A DNA stretch of 64,000 bases from Candidatus Micrarchaeia archaeon. Its GTDB lineage: Archaea > Micrarchaeota > Micrarchaeia > Burarchaeales > Fermentimicrarchaeaceae. Position numbers and translations under genes: made by a program. Shown piece by piece: positions 19,798 through 28,716 of this stretch (position 1 is its first letter; the number at the start of each line of letters is the position of its first letter). Where the stretch lies: NCBI GenBank assembly GCA_038871515.1, contig JAVZHX010000001.1, positions 128,001 to 192,000 of the forward strand, in the 5' to 3' direction. The notes beneath the pieces are model-generated. The model was not told the DNA's origin. It did not search any database and saw only the letters and a list, made by a program, of their open reading frames with translations.

Positions 19798-20253
19798 TTA
19801 CCTCACAAGCAGGGCAGCCTGTTCTGGCTCATACTTCCAATCCTTCGGAAGCTCGCCTCTTTTTCTGTAGAATTTCACAAGGCGTTTTATCTTTGACTCA
19901 ATATGCGTCAGCTTCACCCTGTTCGCCACATCTCCTTTATTTGTTTTCAGATGCTTCCTCATGTTAACCGCTTTCTTAATCAAATTCAGCAAATCATCTG
20001 GATACTGGGGAGTTAACCCGTGCTCCTTCAGAATTTTCTTTATTGACTTGCCAGTGACAATTTCAACGCTCGGCACCCCATACTGATCCCTGAGCTTCTG
20101 CCCAATAGCTGCAGCCTGCATGCCCTCTTTATGCATTTTCACAACAAGAGTTTCAACATCCTGCGGGCTCAGCTCAACCCACTCAGGAACAACTTTCACA
20201 ACAGGTTTCTTTGAGCCGGATTTGCCCTTTCTTTTTGAATGCATCTTCGCCAT
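19798..20253 (-). CDS. rps15: 30S ribosomal protein S15 (uS15)
   Basis: MAKMHSKRKGKSGS, LRDQYG, ESKIKRLVKFY. Confidence 0.95.
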   Translation of the reverse strand: MAKMHSKRKGKSGSKKPVVKVVPEWVELSPQDVETLVVKMHKEGMQAAAIGQKLRDQYGVPSVEIVTGKSIKKILKEHGLTPQYPDDLLNLIKKAVNMRKHLKTNKGDVANRVKLTHIESKIKRLVKFYRKRGELPKDWKYEPEQAALLVR

Positions 20254-20255
20254 AG

Positions 20256-20801
20256 CTACACCAACCATTCAGCCATTTTTTTAAATGCTTCCCTCCTGTG
20301 GGAGCACCTCATTTTCCTCTCCACATCCTCTGCAAAGGTTTTCTCAGCACCAAGAGGTATGAATATTGGGTCATAACCAAAACCGCCTTTCCCTCTTGCT
20401 TCCTCACATATTTTTCCTTTCACCTCACCTGTGAAAACCCTTTCCTCCCTTCCATCCCACAACGCAACAGAGGATATGAATTTCGCACTTCTGTTTCTCT
20501 TCCCCTCCATCAGCTTCAATATTCCGTCATTTCCAATTTTTTTGAAAACCCAGGATGAGAGAGTTCCTGGGAATCCGTTCAGTGTTTCTATGAACAAACC
20601 CGAATCCTCAACGAAGAAAGGTTCGTTCACCTTCACGCGCAGCTCTCTGAGGCAAGCCAAAGCAACCTCAGCACAGCTTTCCGCTCTTTTCTCCTCGCAA
20701 GTTATGCTTTTGCGCTGTATAATTACGTCGTATTCTTTTAAAATCCTTTCGGCTTCTTTGAATTTATTGTAGTTGCCAGTTATGAAAAAAAGTTTCATCA
20801 C
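20256..20801 (-). CDS. rdgB: Non-canonical purine NTP pyrophosphatase (HAM1/ITPase)
   Basis: TGNYNK, EDSGL, GFGYDPIF, SHR. Confidence 0.93.
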   Translation of the reverse strand: MMKLFFITGNYNKFKEAERILKEYDVIIQRKSITCEEKRAESCAEVALACLRELRVKVNEPFFVEDSGLFIETLNGFPGTLSSWVFKKIGNDGILKLMEGKRNRSAKFISSVALWDGREERVFTGEVKGKICEEARGKGGFGYDPIFIPLGAEKTFAEDVERKMRCSHRREAFKKMAEWLV

Positions 20802-20803
20802 AT

Positions 20804-23176
20804 CTACCTTTTCAAAGAAACGGAAAACTCTCCCTTTGCAAACTCAATTCTCTTCACTCTTCCAACCGCCTCAATTTCCTCTTTAATCTCCTGCAATCCT
20901 TCTGACTCCGGAGCGGTGATTTTTGCGTATGATAACTCGGAGTTCAGAGGCAGTTTATTGCTCATCTTGAATTTTCTCACCTCGCTTAATACTCTGTTCA
21001 GCAACTCTGCAACTTTCTCGCTGCGCTCATCCTTCATCTTTGCATCTGCTTTTGGCCATCGTTCAAGATGAACGCTTGGCTCTTCTGAGAATAAAGAGCA
21101 GTAGATTTCGTCTGCTGTATACGGGGCAAAGGGAGCAAGCAACTTCAACGTGGTTGCCAGAACAGTTTTCAGGGTGTGCTGGGCTGCCTTTCTGCTCTCC
21201 TCCCCGTATCTATCGCTCTGATACAGCCTGTGCTTAACCTCCTCTATATAATAATCGCAGAACTCATGCCAGAAAAACTCTGTTATCGCAACTATTGCTG
21301 AGTAGAACTCGTAATTCTCCATGTGATTTGTGCAGTTTTCCACAAGCTTGTTTAACCTGCTGAGAATCCACCTGTCAGTTGTTTTCAGCTTCACCCTTCC
21401 CTCCTCCTTGTAACCCTTCAGGGAAGTTTCAATAAACTTGGATGCATTCCAAAGTTTGTTCAGGAAGGAATGCGCGTAATTAACATCCTTCCAGTAGAAT
21501 ATATTATCCTTGCCTGTGCTTCCGGAAAGAGCAGCCCACATCCTCAGCGAATCAACGGATGATTTTGCAATCACATCTTTTGCTTCAACGTAGTTGCCAA
21601 GCGATTTGCTCATCTTTCTTCCATCAGAGCCGCAAACCATCCCATTGATTAAAACATCCTTGAAGCACGGCTCACCTGTAAGCATAAGACAGCGGTAGAT
21701 TGTGTAGAATGCCCATGTGCGTATTATATCTGTCCCTTGCGGGCGAAGGGAGGAGGGGTAGAGTAACTTGAATTTTTTCTCATCATCAGGCCAGCCTGCA
21801 ATTATGAGGGGTGTGATGCTTGAGTCAACCCACCCGTCGCACACGCTGCTTTCCCCGATAAGTTTCCCCTCGCATTTTGGGCAGTTTTCAACAGGTGGCT
21901 TATCCTTTGTTGGGTCAACAGGCAAGCTTGAGTAGGAAGGAGCAACCACCCCATCGCATCTCTCGCAATACCAGAAGGGAATTGGGATGCCGAAAACTCT
22001 CTGCCTTGAGAAGCACCAATCCCACTCCAAACCCTTGCACCAGTCAGCCAGCAGTTGAATTGCATGCGAGGGAACCCACCTCATTTTATAAGCTGCTTTC
22101 ATAACCTCCTCCTCATTTCCCCTCAGCTTCATGAACCACTGGGCGGAGAGAAGGAATTCCACGGGTTTTTTGCATCTGTCGTGTATTCTGACAACCTGCT
22201 TCAGTTTTTCTGTTTTTGCCACAAGTTCAAGTGAGCTTAGCTCCTCCAAAATTGCTTTCCTCGCTTTGTCTGCTTTCATCCCAGTGAACTTTCCCGCGTT
22301 CAGCAGCTCCCCTTTCTGATTCATCGCCTCAATAACTGGCAGGTTATACCTATACGCCCAAACGACATCCTGCTTATCACCAAAAGTGCAAACCATCACT
22401 ATACCTGTGCCAAAGTTGGGGTCAACATCTGGGTCAGGCATTATTTTAACTTCTCTGTTAAAGAGAGGAACTACTGCAGTTTTGCCATGCAACTCCTTAT
22501 ACCGCTCATCCTCTGGGTTGACAAGTATGGCAACGCATGCGTGCAGCAGCTCCGGCCTTGTTGTTGCGATGAGAAGAGGTTTCCCGTCACAGGAGAACTT
22601 CACGTAGTTCAAAGTTGTTTCCCTCTCAACATCATCCGTCTCTGCTTTTGCAATCGCGCTCTCGCAGTTTGGGCACCACAGCACTGGGTGTTTTGAGCGG
22701 TAAACCAAACCTTTCTCAAACATTTTCAGTATTGAGTGCTGAACCTTTCTGTGGTATTCCCTATCAAAAGTATAATACTCCTGCCTCCAGTCAATTGAGA
22801 ACCCCATCTGCTCCATCTGGGGTTTCATCGTTCCAACAACCTGACTCGTCCACTCCAAGCACTTCTGCTTGAACTGCTCCCTGGGAAGCTTTCCGTATTT
22901 TTTCTCCACTTGAACCTCTGTTGGGAAGCCATGGCAGTCCCATCCCTGAGGGAAGAAAACGTTGTAGCCGCACATTCTTTTGTACCTTGCAACAAAATCC
23001 ATATAGCACCAATTCAGAGTGTTGCCTATATGGAATTCACCTGTTGGGAAGGGAGGAGGGGTGTCAATAACAAAAACTTTTCTTTTGCTTTTCTCGTTGA
23101 ACTCGTGAATTTTCAACTTCTCCCACTTTTTACGCAGCTTTCCCTCAAAATCACGCGGTGAGTATTTTCCAAGCAT
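20804..23176 (-). CDS. valS: Valyl-tRNA synthetase
   Basis: DTPPP..HIG, GTGIVMVCTFGD, SRQR, KMSKS. Confidence 0.95.
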   Translation of the reverse strand: MLGKYSPRDFEGKLRKKWEKLKIHEFNEKSKRKVFVIDTPPPFPTGEFHIGNTLNWCYMDFVARYKRMCGYNVFFPQGWDCHGFPTEVQVEKKYGKLPREQFKQKCLEWTSQVVGTMKPQMEQMGFSIDWRQEYYTFDREYHRKVQHSILKMFEKGLVYRSKHPVLWCPNCESAIAKAETDDVERETTLNYVKFSCDGKPLLIATTRPELLHACVAILVNPEDERYKELHGKTAVVPLFNREVKIMPDPDVDPNFGTGIVMVCTFGDKQDVVWAYRYNLPVIEAMNQKGELLNAGKFTGMKADKARKAILEELSSLELVAKTEKLKQVVRIHDRCKKPVEFLLSAQWFMKLRGNEEEVMKAAYKMRWVPSHAIQLLADWCKGLEWDWCFSRQRVFGIPIPFWYCERCDGVVAPSYSSLPVDPTKDKPPVENCPKCEGKLIGESSVCDGWVDSSITPLIIAGWPDDEKKFKLLYPSSLRPQGTDIIRTWAFYTIYRCLMLTGEPCFKDVLINGMVCGSDGRKMSKSLGNYVEAKDVIAKSSVDSLRMWAALSGSTGKDNIFYWKDVNYAHSFLNKLWNASKFIETSLKGYKEEGRVKLKTTDRWILSRLNKLVENCTNHMENYEFYSAIVAITEFFWHEFCDYYIEEVKHRLYQSDRYGEESRKAAQHTLKTVLATTLKLLAPFAPYTADEIYCSLFSEEPSVHLERWPKADAKMKDERSEKVAELLNRVLSEVRKFKMSNKLPLNSELSYAKITAPESEGLQEIKEEIEAVGRVKRIEFAKGEFSVSLKR

Positions 23177-23180
23177 CCAA

Positions 23181-23966
23181 TCACTCCTGAAAATCAGTCA
23201 AACTCCCTCCAATTCTTATGCTCATCCCATCCTTTGCCGCAACTGTTTCAACGCCTGTTTCCTTCTGTATCAACCTCGCTTCAGCCTCCGGGCCTGCTCT
23301 CAGCATCGCCATCCCAAAGTGCTGTATCACCGCTTTCTTAGGTTTTGCTTCTTTTAAAATTCTTATGGTCATCTCAGTGTTCAGGTGCCCAGGATAGCTG
23401 CATCCTGCCGGCTTCAGGTTGTTCAGCACGAGCAGATTGCAGTTTCTGAATATTTCACCAAGCTCTGGAAAGTATTCAGTGTCGCCGGTGTAACCAACAA
23501 CTCCTTGCTTTGAGGTGAATATGAAACCAACTCCATTTTCATCATCGTGCTTTGTTGGGGTGACACGAATTTTCACTCCTTTTACAGAAAAAACATCACC
23601 TGGTTTTGCAACAAGCGCCTTTTCAACCATCTTTTGATGGTATTTTGAAATCACTCTGTCAAATCTTTCGTTTCCCTCAACCGCTGAGCTGCTTCCTATC
23701 AGAACTCCTCTTTTTCTCTTCCCTCCGTTTGTCATTCCCTCTATAATTAAATTTGCATCGTTAGAGTGGTCAATATGCGCGTGTGATACAAGCACTCCAT
23801 CAAGTTTGTGCAGCTCCTGCTTCAACTCAACGCTTTTCAACAAAGCACCAGGACCAGGGTCTATGTATAGATTGGCTTCCCCTTTTATTATGAAGCCTGC
23901 CGTTGCCCTCAACTGCTTTAGGACAACAAACCTCGCTCCTCCTGTCCCAAGAAACAACAACTCCAA
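23181..23966 (-). CDS. Metallo-beta-lactamase-fold hydrolase
   Basis: FLGTGG, IDPGPG, SHAHIDH, YTGDT. Confidence 0.88.
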   Translation of the reverse strand: MELLFLGTGGARFVVLKQLRATAGFIIKGEANLYIDPGPGALLKSVELKQELHKLDGVLVSHAHIDHSNDANLIIEGMTNGGKRKRGVLIGSSSAVEGNERFDRVISKYHQKMVEKALVAKPGDVFSVKGVKIRVTPTKHDDENGVGFIFTSKQGVVGYTGDTEYFPELGEIFRNCNLLVLNNLKPAGCSYPGHLNTEMTIRILKEAKPKKAVIQHFGMAMLRAGPEAEARLIQKETGVETVAAKDGMSIRIGGSLTDFQE

Positions 23967-24035
23967 ACTCTCCCTCTTGAAATGCGTTAATTGTTTCTCG
24001 TAAAAAGATTAATAAAGTTTGTTTAACCAAATAAA

Positions 24036-25535
24036 GTGGGGGAGAGAGTGAAAACTATTGAGGAGATAAATGAGAGAATAAAGAGCGGGGATGTGGTGGT
24101 GGTTACTGCTCTTGAGATGAAGGAGATAGTTGCTGAGAAGGGAGCGGAGAAGGCTGCAAAGGAAGTTGATGTGGTAACCACTGGGACTTTTGGGATGACA
24201 ACAAGCTCTGGCGCATTCCTTAACTTCGGGCATTCTGACCCGCAGATAAAGATGGGTGGGGGGGAGGTTCTTCTCAACGATGTTCCGGCGTATGCTGGCT
24301 TGAGCTCTGTTGATGTGTATATTGGGGTGACACAGCTTTCCAAAGTCCACAGAATAGAATACGGCGGAGCGCACGTGATAGAGGATTTGGTGAGTGGAGA
24401 GTCAATAAAGCTGAAAGCATACGGCTCGCCAACGCACTGTCACCCAACAAGGGAGATAGCTGGGGAGTTCACGATAAATGATTTGAACCAGGCAATTATG
24501 GTGAACCCAAGGATGTTTTACCAGAGATACAGCGCAGGGACGAATTCATCAGATAAAAGCATATATACGTATCTAGGTGAGCTTCTGCCAAACTTTGGGA
24601 ATGTTGTTTATTTCTCAACTGGCGCGTTAAGCCCATTGTATAACGACCCGAATTATGAGACAATTGGTGTTGGGACAAGGGTGTTTCTTGCCGGTGCGAA
24701 TGGCTATGTAATTGGGGAGGGAACTCAGCATAACCCAAAAGCAATGTCTGGCTCGCTGATGGTGAAGGGCGATATGAAGAGGATGAAGCCGAAGTATGTG
24801 AAAGGAGCTTCAATAAGGAATTACGGTGTTGCGCTGTTTCTTGGGGCGGGCATTCCAATACCTGTGCTGAACGCAAACATAGCTAAAAGCTGTGGGATAA
24901 GGGATGAGGAGATAAAGGTTAACGTGTATGATTACCACATCCCAACAAGAGTGAAGCCACTGGTGAAAAAAACTGATTACAAAGAGCTGAAATCCGGGAA
25001 GGTGCTTATTGGCGATAAAGCAGTTAAATCATCAAGTTTATCAAGCATGAAAATTGCTGTTGAAATCTGCGAGAAGCTGAAGGAGATGATAGAGAAGGGA
25101 GAGTTCTTCCTCACAAAACCAGTTGAAAAGATAACAACCGAGTCTGTGATGAAGCCGATGAAGCTTTCGTATGTAAAGGCATCTGATGTTATGGTGCCTG
25201 CGGTAACCTGCAAGCCAGATGATGAGCTGAAAGATGTTGAGAAGATGATGCTTGAGAAGAAGGAGGATTACTTGGTTGTTGTTGATGGGAGGGGGCACCT
25301 GCAGGGAGTGCTCACCTCTTGGGATGTTGCAAAATCGCTTGTAACTGGAAAGAATAAAGTGAAGGATGTTATGACAGCTACAAACATAAGAACGAGCAGG
25401 AAGGATGAGCCAGTTGAAGTTTCCATGAGAAAACTGGAGCAGTATGGGGTGAGGGGATTGCCTGTTGTGGATGATGATGGCAAGGTGCTTGGAGTTGTTA
25501 AAATACATAGTGTGAAATACAAGGTGAAAGGATGA
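24036..25535 (+). CDS. DUF39-CBS homocysteine synthase (aspartate-semialdehyde sulfurtransferase, MA1821/MJ0100-like)
   Basis: KTIEEINERI, VDVVTTGTFG, LSPLYNDP, GTQH, GIPIPVLN; two C-terminal CBS domains. Confidence 0.88.
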   Translation: MGERVKTIEEINERIKSGDVVVVTALEMKEIVAEKGAEKAAKEVDVVTTGTFGMTTSSGAFLNFGHSDPQIKMGGGEVLLNDVPAYAGLSSVDVYIGVTQLSKVHRIEYGGAHVIEDLVSGESIKLKAYGSPTHCHPTREIAGEFTINDLNQAIMVNPRMFYQRYSAGTNSSDKSIYTYLGELLPNFGNVVYFSTGALSPLYNDPNYETIGVGTRVFLAGANGYVIGEGTQHNPKAMSGSLMVKGDMKRMKPKYVKGASIRNYGVALFLGAGIPIPVLNANIAKSCGIRDEEIKVNVYDYHIPTRVKPLVKKTDYKELKSGKVLIGDKAVKSSSLSSMKIAVEICEKLKEMIEKGEFFLTKPVEKITTESVMKPMKLSYVKASDVMVPAVTCKPDDELKDVEKMMLEKKEDYLVVVDGRGHLQGVLTSWDVAKSLVTGKNKVKDVMTATNIRTSRKDEPVEVSMRKLEQYGVRGLPVVDDDGKVLGVVKIHSVKYKVKG

Positions 25536-25933
25536 GCAAAAGAGTTGTTGTGCTTTTTCCAGTAAAGGAGTACGAGGAGTCGGTGATTAATGAAACAATA
25601 CTGAAAAGCGGAGTTGTTTTCAACACAATAAAAAAGGAGGTGACTCCAACTCACGTCAGAATAATGGGGGAGATAAAGGCTGGGGAGGAGAAAGCTCAGG
25701 AAGTTATGAGAATATTCAAGAGGAGGGGAGGAATTGTAAAGGAGCTTGGGATGATAATGAGGTTTGATGAAACGAAATGCGTTGCCTGCGGGATGTGCGT
25801 CTCCCTGTGCCCAACAAATGCAATAATGATGAATAAGGATTTTTCTGTGAAGTTTGACTTTGATGAATGCGTTCTTTGCATGAATTGTTTTAACAACTGC
25901 CCTGTGAAAGCTATAATCTATTTTGGTGACTGA
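25532..25933 (+). CDS. NIL-domain 2x[4Fe-4S] ferredoxin (MA1822/MJ0099-like)
   Basis: CVACGMCVSLCP and CVLCMNCFNNCP after an N-terminal NIL-like region; coupled to the DUF39 gene. Confidence 0.85.
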   Translation: MSKRVVVLFPVKEYEESVINETILKSGVVFNTIKKEVTPTHVRIMGEIKAGEEKAQEVMRIFKRRGGIVKELGMIMRFDETKCVACGMCVSLCPTNAIMMNKDFSVKFDFDECVLCMNCFNNCPVKAIIYFGD

Positions 25934-26653
25934 TTGTTCGAGAAGAAGGTTGCTTATAAGGAGTCAAATTTGTTTCTGAAGCTTGAGAAGGAGAAGTTTT
26001 TTGAGACTGCCTACTCCTCTCTTTTGAGAAGCAGGGCGGAGCTTGAGGAGTATTTGAGCTTTCATCCACTTTTTGGAAGCAGTCTTGAGCCAGTTGAAGT
26101 TGAGGAGGATGCGCCTCTTGTTGTTAAGCTTATGGCAGAAGCAGCTGAGAAAACAGGTGTTGGGCCAATGGCTGCTGTTGCTGGCGCGATTGCCGAAGTT
26201 ATACTCAGGGATGTTGTTGCAGAGGGATGTGGGTTCGCGATAATTGAAAACGGCGGTGATATAGCGATGCTTGTCAACAAACCTGCGAGAGTTGCTGTTT
26301 ACGCAGGCTCCTCTCCCTTTTCTGGGAGGATTTGGTTTGAGGTGAAGCCTGAGGAGACACCAGTTGGAGTTTGCACGAGCTCTGGAACGGTTGGGCATGC
26401 CCTTTCTTTTGGCAGTGCGGATGCGGCAGTTGCATTTGCAGATGGGGCTGCGTTGGCGGATGCTGCTGCAACTGCGATAGGGAATATTGTTAAGGATGAT
26501 AATGTGAGGGAAGCTGCGGAGTTTGCGAGGAGGCTGCCAATAAGAGGGGCGGTTGTTATAAAGGGGAGGAGCATAGCTGCTTGCGGAAGAATTCCTCATA
26601 TTGTGAAGGGGGAGGGGCTGCCGGAATACTTTTATAAGGAGTTTTTTGAATAA
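25934..26653 (+). CDS. UPF0280/ApbE-like protein (COG2122, MA1715-like)
   Basis: GPMAAVAGAIA, ENGGDIA, CTSSGTVGHALSFG, ADAAATAIGN. Confidence 0.88.
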   Translation: MFEKKVAYKESNLFLKLEKEKFFETAYSSLLRSRAELEEYLSFHPLFGSSLEPVEVEEDAPLVVKLMAEAAEKTGVGPMAAVAGAIAEVILRDVVAEGCGFAIIENGGDIAMLVNKPARVAVYAGSSPFSGRIWFEVKPEETPVGVCTSSGTVGHALSFGSADAAVAFADGAALADAAATAIGNIVKDDNVREAAEFARRLPIRGAVVIKGRSIAACGRIPHIVKGEGLPEYFYKEFFE

Positions 26654-26664
26654 TATACGCGCAT

Positions 26665-26736
26665 GGCCGCGGTAGTCTAATGGCATGACGGCGGGCTGTG
26701 GACCCGCAGGAGTGGGTCCGATTCCCACCCGCGGCC
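26665..26736 (+). tRNA. tRNA-His(GUG) with genome-encoded G-1
   Basis: G-GCCGCGG...GCGGG-CT-GTG-GA-CCCGC...CCGCGGC-C73. Confidence 0.92.
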
Positions 26737-26823
26737 CATAATTTCTTTTTGTGTAGTTAGTATCCACCAAAAAACTTTCAGCCTTATAAAAATAGTTCAA
26801 GTAAATAATGATGAGGTGTTTTT

Positions 26824-27138
26824 TTGACGCGCGTGTTGAGTGATAAGGAAATTGAGCACATAAGAAACCTTGCAACAATTTTTGCGCAGAAGTGGACTAT
26901 GGGGATAATGAACACGCTGATGATGAATGGGGAGAAGGGGATGGGGTTCAACGAAATAATGAAAAATTTGAATGGGATAAGTGCAGCAGTTCTTTCAAGC
27001 AGGTTAAAGAACCTTCAGAGGATGGGTTATGTGAAAAGGGAGGTTCAGCCAGGGCCGCCAACAAGGACGAGGTATGCCCTGAGCGAGAGGGGGAGGAGAA
27101 TTTTTGAAGTAGCTGATTTTGTTCTTCAGAGCAAGTAG
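26824..27138 (+). CDS. HxlR-family winged-helix regulator
   Basis: QKWTMGI, FNEIMKNLNGISAAVLSSRLKNL, PPTRTRYALSERG. Confidence 0.88.
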   Translation: MTRVLSDKEIEHIRNLATIFAQKWTMGIMNTLMMNGEKGMGFNEIMKNLNGISAAVLSSRLKNLQRMGYVKREVQPGPPTRTRYALSERGRRIFEVADFVLQSK

Positions 27139-27187
27139 TTTGGGTAATGATTTAAAGTTTAAAAGTTATAGGTTTAGCGGTGTTGCT

Positions 27188-27691
27188 TTGAAAGTTGTTA
27201 ATAAAAAACTTTTTTTCCTCTACGCCCACCCATGCGGGGATGTGCTTGTGCGGAGAGGGAGCATGAGCAGGGAGGTGCTTGAGAGGATACGCAGTAATTT
27301 AAAGGAAGGGGGGGAAGTAAAGGAAAGTCCTGAGCTTTTTAAAGTTGCTTATAAGTTGCAATGCATGCTGGCTGAGGAGATGGGGAAAAAGGAGATAGAT
27401 GAGGAAGTTATAAGGGAGTATTACTGGAGGAAGCACGACGAGCACGTGATGGAGGAAAGCAGAGTTATGAAGGATGTAATTCCTGTGCTATGCAGGGTTT
27501 TTCCAGCAAAAGTTGTTAAGCTTGAGGGAGAGGAGGGGGTTGTTGAAACTCCTGTTGGAAGGAGAAAGGTTAATATAGAGTTCATTCCAAACGTTTGTGT
27601 TGGTGATTTTTTAACAGTTCATTACTCCTATGCTTGTGAGAGAATAGATGAAGATGAATTCAAAAAGCTGTGGAGGGAGAAAAATGAGTAG
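27188..27691 (+). CDS. Hypothetical protein (DUF6390-like) with HypC-like C-terminal barrel
   Basis: LFFLYAHPC; LCRVFPAKVV...VGDFLTVHYSYACERI; TTG start inferred. Confidence 0.55.
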   Translation: MKVVNKKLFFLYAHPCGDVLVRRGSMSREVLERIRSNLKEGGEVKESPELFKVAYKLQCMLAEEMGKKEIDEEVIREYYWRKHDEHVMEESRVMKDVIPVLCRVFPAKVVKLEGEEGVVETPVGRRKVNIEFIPNVCVGDFLTVHYSYACERIDEDEFKKLWREKNE

Positions 27692-28568
27692 GAAAAGAGG
27701 TTTTATGCTGGTGCTCTGCACCGCGCTCATCTCTGGTTTTTCAATTTTCATAAACAGTTTTGCAATTGCGAAGTTTGATCCTTTTGTTCTCACTGGGTTG
27801 AGAAACATGACAGTTGCACTGCTCACACTCGCATTCATTCATTTCACTTCCAAATTGAAAAGAATTTCAAAAGCTGACTGGCTGAAGCTTGCTGGCTGGG
27901 GTGCGCTTGACGGAGGTGTTGCGTTCATGCTTTATTTCTATGGGATGAAAGCATCAAACCTCATTCTCGCCTCCATACTCCACAAATCAATCTTCATCTT
28001 CGCCTCAGCAATTGCTTTTCTTGTGTTAAAGGAAAAGTTGAGTTGGAAGTGGGCTGGTGGAGCTGCGCTTCTGCTTGGAGGAGCAATTTTTATTTCTGGT
28101 ATTCCTTCCCTTGAAATAAAAGGAGGTGAGGTTGCAATACTTGGAGCAGTTCTCCTCTGGGCAGCTGGCAACGTGATTGCAAAGAAGCTGCTTGGTAGAA
28201 TTTCAGTTGGCAACGTTATATTTGGAAGGATGTTTTTTGGAAGCATCACTATACTCGCTTTTCTTGCAGCAACAGGCAGCACACAGCTCTCTCTTACAAC
28301 AGAACATTACATTTGGTTGCTTGCCACCTCCCTTCTGCTTGCCGGTTACCAGCTCACCTACTTCAATGGTTTGGCTTTTCTCAAAGTCAGCGAGGCAACA
28401 AGCGTGCTCGCGTTCGGCTCTGTTGTCACATCACTCCTTTCTTTATTTGTGATGAAACAGCCAACACCGCTTGAGTTGCTTGGGATTATTGGAATTGCTT
28501 CGGGAGTTGCGCTTGTTTATCTTTCAGGTGAGGTTGATGTGCATCACAAAACCATCCCGCGTTGCTGA
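27684..28568 (+). CDS. EamA/DMT-family transporter
   Basis: About 10 TM helices in a two-repeat layout, LKEKLS motif. Confidence 0.85.
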   Translation: MSRKRGFMLVLCTALISGFSIFINSFAIAKFDPFVLTGLRNMTVALLTLAFIHFTSKLKRISKADWLKLAGWGALDGGVAFMLYFYGMKASNLILASILHKSIFIFASAIAFLVLKEKLSWKWAGGAALLLGGAIFISGIPSLEIKGGEVAILGAVLLWAAGNVIAKKLLGRISVGNVIFGRMFFGSITILAFLAATGSTQLSLTTEHYIWLLATSLLLAGYQLTYFNGLAFLKVSEATSVLAFGSVVTSLLSLFVMKQPTPLELLGIIGIASGVALVYLSGEVDVHHKTIPRC

Positions 28569-28716
28569 AGTGAGCGGGAAGGAGGCGACACTTGAGGATG
28601 GGAGGAGAGTGAAAACTGCAATAGATGTGAGGAAAGGGGATTATGTGCTTGTTGGGATGGGAGTAGTGATTGAAAAAATAAATAAGAAAGAATACAAGAA
28701 GCTGCTTTCGTATTAA
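28537..28716 (+). CDS. HypC/HupF-like small protein
   Basis: MCITKPSRV...VRKGDYVLVGMGVVIEKI; GGTGAGG SD upstream. Confidence 0.75.
   Translation: MCITKPSRVAEVSGKEATLEDGRRVKTAIDVRKGDYVLVGMGVVIEKINKKEYKKLLSY

Noticed and set aside
25964..26878. 304-aa minus-strand ORF
   Set aside because: Antisense shadow of the UPF0280 gene and tRNA-His, with no protein-like motifs.
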